From Raillietiella orientalis (taxonomy: Eukaryota), in the NCBI GenBank assembly GCA_036172245.1, contig JAYWIR010000001.1, positions 124,001-188,000 on the forward strand: DNA of 64,000 nt, read 5' to 3'. The first letter of the stretch is position 1, and each line of letters begins with the position of its first letter. The notes beneath the pieces are model-generated. The model was not told the DNA's origin. It did not search any database and saw only the letters and a program-made list of their open reading frames with translations. Below are positions 12,422 through 22,949 of this stretch, piece by piece. A program made the translations under genes and the position numbers.

Positions 12422-13065
12422 ATATGCAATCTTAGCAACACAGTAGAATCTCAAAAGCAATTAGGTAATTCAAGGCAGATATTGAAATTTTACTTATTCA
12501 CTTATTATATTATCATATTGAGCACCTTCTTTACAGAAGCAATATTGATAAGAATTATTTCCTTACAGGAGCAATTCTTCCCATCAGCTTGCAAGTAGGT
12601 GCAAATCTACAATTTCATGATGTTCAATAGGTAAACCCAGAATATATGAAAGCACTTGGAGTGCACAAAATGTACATGTGCCTTTGCAACTAGCTCACCA
12701 CTGATGTACCGATTTGGTTGCACCATTGAAGAAATAAGCCACACATATGTGAGACTGTAAACATGTTTGACAAAGCTGCTGTGAGCCATCTGTGGCATTT
12801 TGCAACAACACCACACTGTTAAACCATGTAAAAGCCATTTGGGATGATAAGACAAGGTGCCCTCATCAAAGAAAGGAAAACTACAGGCAAGATCGAGCAA
12901 TATCAGAGAAGGAAAACCGGAAGATAAACATGGAAAGGATACAACCCTAAGCAGCTCCCAATGTCCAATGAAAACAACAAAAAAAGAAACAATTCAGTGA
13001 TTCAAGGTGCAAAGCATTTATTCTTTTGATGACCAAAGCATATTAAAAATCACATGCTTTCTATC
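12422..13065 (+). pseudogene. Decayed C2H2 zinc-finger gene with residual splice sites
   Basis: LECTKCTCAFATSSPL, KPHICETVNMFDKAAVSHLWH and FDDQSILK/HM finger-like pieces broken by stops and frameshifts. Acceptor at 12421, donor at 12464, acceptor at ~12536. The block is strongly CpG-depleted. Confidence 0.45.
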
Positions 13066-13949
13066 AGTTTATGATTTTCAATGTTGAGTTAAATAGGGAG
13101 GCACATATAAGGGGTAAATCTTGCAAACGTTTCCTATCAAAAAGCAATAGGAAACGGCATACCAATTCTTGATCAAAGCATAAAGTGAAGTTATGGATAT
13201 AGTAAATACATAGACCATTTACAATACGTTTTACACATAAAACTACATGGTCAACATGAATAATATTTGTAGTCATAGCTCAGCACAGACTTGCCCCTTA
13301 TTGGTCCAAAGCAGTTTTGAAAATAAGAAATGGCGGTTTTAGGAATGTACTTTTCTTCAGGTGATTTCAAAAATTCTTAGACCGTCACTTTATACGTAGC
13401 ATACGTTGTACGGGGCACGAGCCCTGCGAACACCAAAGTTTTCTGGCTGCTGGAACACGAAACGAAGGTGGCGCGAAAGGAAACTCTGAGCAGCCAGTGA
13501 TGCAGAGGTCAGCCCTCCAAAACTGATGAAAAATTGACACCGTCAGACTGAAAAATTGACACCCATCGCACTGCTTATTTCTCTACTGAATCCGAATGTC
13601 TCCAGACAAGTGCACTGGTACATCATGATCTGGTGGAATCATCTTAATGAGTGAACGTTGGTTTCCCCCAAATCGGCGGTTTTGGCATTCCTGGTATGGG
13701 GGAATCTTGAATACAAAAACGCATGATAAAGACTGCATTGCTTTCATTCATGCAATTGATTTTCAAAAGATAGTGTCCTGATTGTTCGAGAGGCTTATCT
13801 GATCAGTTTCACTCAATTTTTAACAAAAGAGAAACTCAACAGATGTTTGAGCAAACTTTTTAACTGTGTTTGAACAACGCTTGCATAAGACTGCATTGTG
13901 CACGGAAGTCCACGTTGGATTTCGCATCCCGGCGCTCCGTCCCGAACTC

Positions 13950-15150
13950 TGTTGGCTCTGCACCGTCACTTTAGGGAGGGCAGGACTGGATGCGTCGGCG
14001 TTGCTTTGCACTCATTCAGGTCATCTGCAGTTTCTGCAGGATGCACCTGAGTGCCCGTGCAGGCACCTCCTTTCTGCAGCTGCGGGCACCCATCTCCTTT
14101 GCCGGTGCATCTTATTACCCTTGGGGGAACCCTGCGCCTTCTCGCTACGACCCTGGTGACGAAGACCAAGGTCCCCTGAACCATCGGGACCACAACAGAC
14201 TTCTCTGTCCCTGTGGCAGAGTCCACTCTGGATCTCCACTGGCAACACATTCTGTAGGTCTGCCACCTCGTCGGACCGCGGTCCGGCCGATGGTCAGCGG
14301 TGAGCACGTGGTGCTGAGTTTCACGCTCCCCACACGCTTTGCAGACTTCGTCCCGACTTCTCCCTGTGTGCCATGGAAGTCAGGCGCCTCACCAAAGATT
14401 TCCGTGGTGGAAAATCAGGTCCGTCCTTCAGAGTTCCCTGGTCAGGTGGCCGACCAGGTAGCTGGTTTGCCTCTCCTGTTAGTCATGCGCTGGAACAACC
14501 GCATCGCGTTTTCACTCGTAGCGAGCTGCTCGCAGTGTCCAGTCTTCAGATCTGGTCACCGGTGAGTCCTCTGCAACCGTATCCCATGGCAGTGCAACGA
14601 AGCAGAGAATCACCAAAGCCAATCCCTTCGTCGCGGATCTCCTCGTCTCAGGGCGCTTGGACTTTACCAGCTGCCTCTTCAGCGGGCCAGTAGGGTCGAC
14701 CGAATCCCACTGGTTACCCTTGGTCACCAGGTTTTATACCATTCCGCCGGATCCACGCAGAAGCTTGCCGTATCTCTGTGAACAGCATAGGAACCCTCAT
14801 CCCGTTTTTTCCTAGCTACCAGGATTTACCGGGTATCCGTGGATATCTGGATCGCCCAGTCTATCGACCCCATCTCTCGGGTGATGCACCTGCTTCAGAT
14901 TCACCCGAGGCTCTCAACTGCTCCACAAGTTGCTCTGTACTCTTCCCATTGGCTGTTTTTGTTTCGTCTTCAGATAGAAGACCGCACCGAAGAGAACCAT
15001 TACTCGCTGTCGCACAAGTTGGCCTTCTCGGAGCCGAAGGCAATCCGGCTGTATTGAATGTTGTCTTCCATAATTTCTCCTAGAATCCCCTTCCGCTGGG
15101 TCGCTGGTTCTGGTCCGTTGACGTGGTTCGCCAAGTACTGTAGAACCCTT
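13950..15150 (-). mobile_element. Degenerate non-LTR retrotransposon 3' part (L1/Tx1-like)
   Basis: EVCKACGERETQHHVL zf-RVT-like knuckle at ~14300-14350, a YLG-like remnant near 15135, and many stops. Confidence 0.5.
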
Positions 15151-15440
15151 CCCCTGGAGGCTCACGAAGCTTTTTGACACTCGTCCACGCTGTTCGGGGG
15201 TGCGTGTGAACTCTTCAAGTTTGAGGGTAACTCCAAAGGGACCACCCTATTCATCCAGGAGAGAATAAGGAAGAGGTTCCTTTCGGGGGTTCCCTAACAA
15301 GCGTAAGAGAGGAATGGACTCCTCCCTCGGGAACCTTCCTGGATTCACAGGGTGGTCCCTACGGGGTCACACCGTAACACGCACCCTCGGCTGGCGTAGA
15401 GTGTCAAAGAGCTTCGCGATCCACCAGACGAACGGTTCTT
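15140..15440. repeat. Two inverted 3' halves of the SINE-like family forming an imperfect palindrome
   Basis: GAAGCTTTTTGACAC..GGGACCACCCTATTCATCCAGGA faces TCCTGGATTCACAGGGTGGTCCC..GTGTCAAAGAGCTTC. Confidence 0.7.
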
Positions 15441-16749
15441 CATCACTGAGCGAGCCAAGGAAAGAGAGTTTTTTTCAGATTAGAAGGACGGAACGGTTCG
15501 CTAAGACGAACTTCTCAGAGACTCCTGGAGGGCAAATCTGACAAAAATGACGAAACAAGAGGAACTCAGCAATACGACATAAACAGACTGCAGCTGCCGC
15601 TGGTTATCCCGAGGTCACTGCTTGGACGAACGCCACGGGAATGTGGATTTCCCGAAGGAATGGAACGACCCGAAAAGATCAGTGGACGGTGTGCATTCTG
15701 CCACTGCCTTCTGGACCCGCTCACTGGATCTGGAATAGGTGATAGGGACCCACTGAGATCCAAAATATGCGCAGGGCGGAACGCAACAACAACCAGCTGC
15801 AGGCAATATTTTTTTTTTTGTAAAAACAAATGTCTGACATGCTACTCTGTTAGATAATGGAACGAAAAATTATTGGAGCAAAGATGATTGTCACATCCGC
15901 GCGATCGGAAGAAGAAACACAACACGGGTGATACAAACTGAGCCTGGTGGAAGCAATGCCACAAGCGGACATAATAATAATGATAAAAAGCTTTTCTTCA
16001 GGAATGTTGCTAGTCCAGTGAATCCTCCATCGTTCCTGCACGGAGACGAAGAGGAACGTTCAGAGAAAATCTAGCGAGCTCCGCCGGGTTTGCCAATGGT
16101 ATCTCGGGCTACGTGGAGATACGGGGTGGGTGGAGAGGGAGAACCTGAGACTTGGCTTCCGGGTTCCGTTTGCCTTGAGTTTCCAGCAAGCAGTCAGACG
16201 TTGGAAGCAGGTTTCTATCCAGTGGAAGGATAAATTGCTAGAAGGAACAGCCGTTGGGGAAACTGTCCACCGCCGACCGTTTTCACGAACATTCCTCCTC
16301 CGACACTCCGTCAGATCCAGCTGCCTCCGTTAGGGAATTTTTTGGCAGAAAGAAACATTCTACTGTCAGCGCCACACTCTACGCTTCCTCTCCTCGTGGT
16401 GTTTTTTTTTTTTACGAGTTTTTTTTGTCTCTCCCTCCAAATCAGATTGAAGCTGAGAGGTGGAAATTTGATGAGCTTCCAGTAACCCTGAGAATGCAGA
16501 CTGCATCCGTGAATGGTGACAGCCGGAGCATTCCAGTGTGACTTTCAAAAATAGCAGCAGAGCGTTTGGACATCCGCACATCCTCAGGAAGGTCAATTGA
16601 AAGGGAAGAACTCGTGACAGCATCGTACCAATCCCTGGTAACCGTCCAATTACCGATTCGTGATGCTGCTAAAGCCAAAAGGAACAGAGGAATTGTGGAT
16701 TTGATGCCATCAACGCTGCTCATCCGTGGTAATCCTTTCTTTCGCCTGA

Positions 16750-17430
16750 GCGTCAGGTGGGCTTGCGACTGCATGTCGACGCCTTTCTGCCCCACTGCTG
16801 TGTCGTCCCCTCGACCGCCTGCCTCGTGAAGGGGGGAGGGATCCCCACATTAGCGTCAAGAAAGAACGGATACTGCGCAAGGTTCTCCAGATATCCACGG
16901 TTCCGACTTTGATTTCCGAAGTCGCCGTTTCCCTCCACCTTTAACGGAAGCATGAAGTCAAGCTCTGGTTCCTCATGCTGCAGGTCCTACGCCGCCACCG
17001 CCATACCAGAAGGTGGCACCCGCTCCGGTTAGTGTCGTGCGCGAAGATGACGCAAGCACCTTCTTCAGCTACCGCTGCTCTCGGTGACCTGTCATCGCCG
17101 TTGCAGCCAGAGACTATTAGATGCTGTTCGCTGCTGCTGGTGACGGCAGCCCGAATCAGGCGAAGCTAAAATTCTCTCCTTATTGGATCGTTGTTCGTGC
17201 TCAAGACGACTAACGCCATTGTTCTTGCCTTTTCTTGATTGTTCCTGACCCTTCCTGCCTCGGTCTAGTGGCGCCTGAACTGAGATGTTCTTCAAAACCA
17301 AGTAGGCCGCCTTGATGCTCCTGGACATTTGATTCAGCAGCCTGAACTGCTGAGTAACCACTGGAAGGAGATCAGCATGGATCCACTCATCCCACCACTG
17401 CCAATCACTGCAGCGGTTGCTTGGCACGCG
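16750..17430 (-). mobile_element. Possible RTE-clade LINE remnant
   Basis: AAYLVLKNISVQAPLD..SRL..SGC and HLLVWRWRRRTCSM loosely follow the RTE C-terminal motif order (YLGSxIS..LYGCE..LRWxGHVxRM). Confidence 0.3.
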
Positions 17431-17504
17431 AAGTTGATCCCTCGTTTTCTCGAATCAAGAAGTCGAATATTGCCCTGAAAGTTTCCTTTCCTAACAGCAC
17501 GTTC

Positions 17505-17925
17505 TCCGCTCGCGGTACCGAACATGCGCAGGTCCGAGTCCCGCCCGGGGAAGGCGAGAATGGGGGCGGGGGTCGTGGGTTCGAATTCCTCCCACAAGAT
17601 GGCGCTGGATTGGCTTCCTCGGTTGGCTTCGGGTGTGGCGGCACTGGTGGAAGCCAGATACCCCCGTTGACTGGCTTGGCCGGGATCACAAGCTGACCTT
17701 TCCGGGGTCATTCCAGGAATCTAGAAGCAGAGGGTTCCTCCCGGAGTGCCTATCCAGGGTGTAAGATGCGCGCCGCTCCCTGGGGGGAGAGTCCTCCAGA
17801 GAAATCTGGAAGCGTCCTTTCATGGTTCTCTTCAGAGAAGTAACAAGGAGCGGTTCCTTTCAGGGTTCCTTCCCAAGCGTAAGAGAGGAACGAACTCCTT
17901 CCTGGATTCACAGGGTGGTCCCTTC
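17505..17925 (+). mobile_element. tRNA-derived SINE-like element, copy A
   Basis: B-box-like GGTCCGAGTCCC and GGTTCGAATTCC, then GGCACTGGTGGAAGCC, CCGGGGTCATTCCAGGAATC and TCCTGGATTCACAGGGTGGTCCCT, all shared with other copies. Confidence 0.65.
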
Positions 17926-18350
17926 CCAGAGCTGCTCCCCAAGCAGAAGCACGGGAATTTGCAAAAAATATTCGTAAAAGAAGGAAGAACACTTTGGGAT
18001 GTCCTTCCCCTATGGCACCCAATTCCAGCGTTGCTCAGGCAGCAGCAGTTTCTCAAAAGGGATCATCTTTCTCCTTGCTTCCTCACCCCGATGCAAGCGC
18101 TTCTTCCGTATGGTATCCGGCCAAAAGCAAGCAAGGAACATTTTTCCCATGAACCTCGTGAACTGTACAGAACGCGAGTCGAGTACTGGTAAAAAGTTGC
18201 TGTCGCTCCTCCATCATCATTTCTGATATTCGGGATGATTAGTCTTCGTCTGATGTTCTCTGAAGTGATAATCATTTGGCATCACGCATGTGAATGTATG
18301 CACGTGACTGCCAAGTTTGTTCAGAGCACCGGCGGAATTCACGCTGGGTA

Positions 18351-19203
18351 TAACGGGGCGCACCTCAAAAGTAAGGACCGATCAGATACAAAGAAAGAGC
18401 AAATAAGGGAAACAAAAATGCATTGGTTGTTCGAAACACGTACATGTCATGTTTCTAGGTAGTCATCATTTTTTTTCCAAACACTTTTGATACCGTGAAA
18501 TCCCGCCGCCTGGGAGTTCAGCCAGCTCAGCAGCACCGCAGTTCTCCATTCCTCCCTTTCCCCCTCGAATCGTCGAGCCACTTTTTGAGGTGCAGGAAGG
18601 CGTGGCAGTCACTGGGCGGGACTGTAAGTTGAGCCATCGAAAAGCCCTCATTCGAATTTCTGAACTGTCTGGAGCGTGAGGACAGCAGTGTGTGGGACCG
18701 AAAGGGTGTCCTTTTGGTGAAACTTTATGGGGTCTGGAACGACCAACACTTCGCAAGTGTGTGGAAACACTTTCAAAACCGCGGCATGCCATTCAGAGCC
18801 GACGACATGTGGAATGCTGAGATGAGGAATTGTTCTTCTTCACGATAACGCGCGCCTTGGCAACGCATGCTGTCCGCACATTCCAGACAATTCCGAAATT
18901 CGCATGCGAACTTTTGACCTTGCAGTCCTGACATCGCCTCCATTGACTGCCACGTCTTCCTGCACCTCCAGAAGTGGCTCGACGATTCGAGGGGGAAAGG
19001 GAGGAATGGAGAACTGCGGTGATGCTGAGCTGGCTGAACTCCCAGGCGGCGGGATTTCACGGTATCAAAAGTGTTTGGAAAAAAAATGATGACTACCTAG
19101 AAACATGACATGTACGTGTTTCGAACCACCGATGCATTTTTTTTTCTCTTATTTGCTCTTTCTTCCTATCCGATCGGCCCTTACTTTTGAGGTGCTCTTC
19201 GTA
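18351..19203. mobile_element. Tc1/mariner-ended foldback MITE with ~330-bp arms and a ~180-bp spacer
   Basis: Ends TAACGGGGCGCACCTCAAAAGTAAGG / CCTTACTTTTGAGGTGCTCTTCGTA are mariner-like with terminal TA. 18430-18583 vs 18972-19125 differ at about one base. Opposite-strand ORFs end identically in ELAELPGGGISRYQKCLEKK. Confidence 0.85.
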
Positions 19204-19259
19204 CCATGTGCTCGTGTTGTCTTAAAGAGTTTGAGGTTACATCGCAGCACGCTATTGAA

Positions 19260-20172
19260 ATGGGGGTGGATGGTGAAAACATTGGTTTTGATAACGTAAT
19301 GGCTAGGACTGGCACGGTTGGAAGTGCCATCACGTCCTCTAGTTATTATGAATGTGGCCGAACATTGGTCACGCTGGAAAGGAGGCATAAGAAGGGACTC
19401 CCCAATTGGGTCATCGGCTGGAAAAACAGAGAAGCAGAAGTTTAGAAATTGTGGATTCATTTGAATTGCAGTTCGAGCACATTGACGGCAGCATCACCGC
19501 TGACCGTGATTATCACACCTCAAAAGAACAGCCATTTAAACAGGTATTCAGTGACGTGGGCTTCTTAGGATGGTATGCAACAGGAGACACCGCTGAAGAA
19601 AACGATACTGAAGTTCAAGAACAAATCTGTGAAACCAATGAAAGTCCTGAATCATGCTGGAGCAAAATCCTCCTTCCTATCAACTAGGATTACCCGTCAG
19701 CGTGTACGGATCTGTGGACCGAATTGGTGAATAGAGAAGCTGCAATGCTATTCGTACATCCCGCATATACAGTTGCCACGGAAGAAGGTGAGTGGTTTGG
19801 AGTGGCCCATACTGCCAGATTGTCAAATAGCGGAAATGGAGAAGTGTCGTCAGCAGCTGATCTGTCGGGCCGGCATGGTACTATCAAGATGCTTCGTAGA
19901 CGGATGCAAAATTATTCTTCGCTGTCTCGAAGCTGTCGATAAAGGGCAGTCGGCCTGCAAGAGTGACACCGTGCGCCCAGCTCATAGCTTGCTCCACACG
20001 CTTCCTGTTCTGCAGCATTCAAGAGAGGATTTCGTAAGCGATGCAATGACGTTATCCTGATCACGTTCTTGGGAATCATGAATTGGCGTTGCCATGGCGC
20101 GAATTTAGTTTGTTGGCGTCCTCGACGACAGACGAGGCCACGGGTAGGAGAATGCGAGCTTTCTCCTTCTTT
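19260..20172 (+). pseudogene. COPS6: Processed pseudogene of COP9 signalosome subunit 6 (MPN domain)
   Basis: Colinear and intronless: VMARTGTVGS, LEIVDSFEL, SKEQPFKQVFSDVGFLGWYATG, QICETNESP, LPVSVY, EAAMLF..YTVATEEGEWFGVAHTAR, IKMLRRR, LPVL, QCNDV-like and GRRMRAFSFF. Multiple frameshifts and stops. Confidence 0.9.
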
Positions 20173-21194
20173 CGCAGTTCCCATGAGTTTCCTCCACGCC
20201 CAGCGGAAGATCTGAGTAAATTCGCCTAAACGAAAACACGTGGCTGCGGTATGTCCCCAAACGGTGGTGTAACACCTCACAACGACGGGATCCCTGGAAG
20301 ATTTTCAGATAATCAGAACGCCCCTGTCGTTCGAGTTCGCTGAGAGTTTTCGATTTCACCTCATCGAGTTACCACCGCTGCGCATGGCCCTTTCCGTTCG
20401 ACAGAGCACAGAGTGCCGATGTCGTCGCCCACCCTAAAGAGCTGTGGAGGTCGCTAGATCCCGGTGGGAATCTTTACGCGAGGAAGAACAAGGAAAAGGG
20501 TTGAGAAGGTGTGTGGTAGCTCTTCAGCACTGTTTCACTAAATAGCCAATGAGACCAGGGAAGCATTTTTTTTTCTTTTTCTTTGTCCGTTCTCTCTCTG
20601 TGTGTCTCTTTCGAAGCCACCGAAGGTTTTTCACGTAACCACCAAGTTTCCTATCAGATGGTATGGCAAGCGCGAGTCTCAGACCTCTGAGACTTTGTCA
20701 GAACTGACTGAGCAGCTGAACCAGGAAAGAGACTTTCACCCGAAGTGCACTCTCGCGTAAAACTGACAAGACGGGAGATGGACGATCACCGATCGGATGA
20801 GAACTCTGCTTTCAGGACTCGCTCGGGGAGGAGACTCAAGCGACACGTACCTCGCTGCCGGGTCCTTCGCCTTCCTCCCTTGCCTTCTCTATCGGAGGAA
20901 GAGCTTTCGAGAATTGTCACGCTTTCGTAGCACTGTCCGGAGACTTTTTTTCCCGGAGGCAAAGATACAGCAGGATGAATGGATCCCAAGTTTGCCGCTG
21001 CATGCAGGGTTCCCTGTTCTTTCCTCCGTGTATTCCCAAGAAGACATCCTGGCAAAAGCTATCTCGAGGTAGAACAATGGAACGTGATGTGATGGACCGA
21101 TGTAAAAATTGATCGGGAAAAAATGTAATGTCTCCTCAGAAAAGAATAGGCAAGATAATGCAATTCCCTCCCCCTATTAAATACCTGTTGATTG

Positions 21195-21390
21195 GAAGGA
21201 CCCTCTTGGATTCACGGGGGGGGGGGGGCTTAAGCGTAATAAGAACGGGTTCTCCTTTCTCTCGGGTCTTTCTGAATGAATAGGGTGGTCCCTCTGGGAT
21301 CACCTTCCATAATGTGAAGGATTACACGCGCCCTCGGGCGGCGCGGACAGCGTCAGAGAACTTAATGAGCCACCGGGCAAACGGTTCTTG
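21195..21390 (+). repeat. 3' fragment of the SINE-like family
   Basis: TAGGGTGGTCCCT..CACGCGCCCTCGGGCGGCGCGGACAGCGTCAGAGAACTT..AACGGTTCTT. Confidence 0.55.
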
Positions 21391-21782
21391 GAGGGTTCAG
21401 TAAATCGAAGGTGGTGGTGGTGGTAGGGCGCGCGCGGCCCTACTACTCCCCATCGAAGCAAGGAGCTCTGCCTAGGTGCAGACCAGCGGGTTGCCTAGGT
21501 GGCATACGGGGAGAGCAGCACACAAAAAAGTAAAAAAAAAAAACCTAAAAGAATTAAATGGAAGTAAATGAAAGGAGGAGAAAAAAAATTGGGGCAGGCG
21601 GCCCGCATGATGGGGTGGCAGCCTGCTTGGGGGCGTCTCCTGCATCCTTCGTAGGGCTCCGGCAAGTTCCGCCTGCATGCTCCCGGGTGGCACCACCTGG
21701 TCGCGCTACCTACAGGAAGCCAACAGCCAATCGGATAGCGTCCCTTGCTTCTCACCCTCTATCGAGAGTTCGCCAAGCGCTG

Positions 21783-22285
21783 AAGAACCGTCCGTATCCT
21801 CAGGAGGGGGGAGGGAGGGTCAAGAGCTCTTTGATACTTGTCCATGCCGCCCGAGAGTGCGTGTAGTCACTCTTCAAGTTAGGGGCGACCACCCTATGAA
21901 TCCAGGAAAGGAGGAGTGCGTTTCCCTCTTACTCTCGGGAGGAAACCCCCACCCTGGTTGTTTCCGGGGAGAACCCGAAGGGAGCAGCACGCTTCCGACA
22001 CTCCGGAGAGGCGACCCCCTGGGACGGGGCATCAACCAGCCCTATGGTAACGGCTCCGTGTTCACAGCCAGAGGGGAACTCTGAAGGACTCCTTGATTCC
22101 TGGACGAACCCCGGAGTCAGCAGGGGAGTTAGGCTTCCTCCAGTGCCGCAGCAGGGCCATCCTGCGAGGGGATAATTGAAACCACAACATCCCCTGTGAC
22201 TCATCTCCCGTTCTCGGCGTCGAACCTTCCCTGGGCGAGATTCGAACCAGCAACCGCGCGGTGCTGCCGACGTGGGCCTTGCCGA
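21783..22285 (-). mobile_element. tRNA-derived SINE-like element, copy B
   Basis: Minus strand reads GGTTCGAATCTCGCCCAGGGAAGG..GGCACTGGAGGAAGCC..TCCTGGATTCATAGGGTGGTC..ACTTGAAGAG..GTATCAAAGAGCTC. Confidence 0.7.
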
Positions 22286-22949
22286 TATCGCTCCAGGCGG
22301 TCTCATTCACGCGGACGCAGTGGGGAGCTGCTGGGGAAGCGGCCGGCTGCAGTTGCATCGTGGGAGGAGTCTGAAGGCGCACCTGGAGCTGCCGAAAAGG
22401 ACGTGGGGGGTCGCTGGGCAACGCGACCTACAGGCAGTTGCCGGAGGGATCCACGCCTTCCGCGCCTGCGGCAGTCCCGGTCCGTACACTCCCGGGTCCG
22501 GTGATGCCGGCACGCGCCTCATGGGAGGCCTCAGTGCAGCATCAAGCACGCCGCCCATTGCCACTCGAGTTGTCACCCGGGTGCGCCGGGGGCGTCGACT
22601 TGATAATAATAATAATAATAAACGTCTGCAAATGTTCCAGCAGAACATCTAGCAGCTCGTCCCAGCACAAAAGTCCTCGAGGTGGGGCACTCAGGGTCGC
22701 AGCGTCCCCAAGCCCTCCCGTCGTCCACTCACTCGGTCCTTTTTCACTTCTGGAGATTTCCAAGGAGACCTCCCATCTAGCCAGAAGGGTGCTGCCCATG
22801 TACTCCCGCAGGGAGGGCAGCGCTCAGGCAAATGAGCTTCCTCATGCCCACGCACTCTTTGTAGGAAGTTCGATGATCTACCCAAGCGAGCAGTTGCTAT
22901 GGAAACAGCGCAGCATTCACTGTGCCCGCTCCGGGCGACGCCCCTGGTT

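Noticed and set aside
20617..21072. Exon-like segment after a polypyrimidine tract
   Set aside because: Frames are broken and no family is recognisable.
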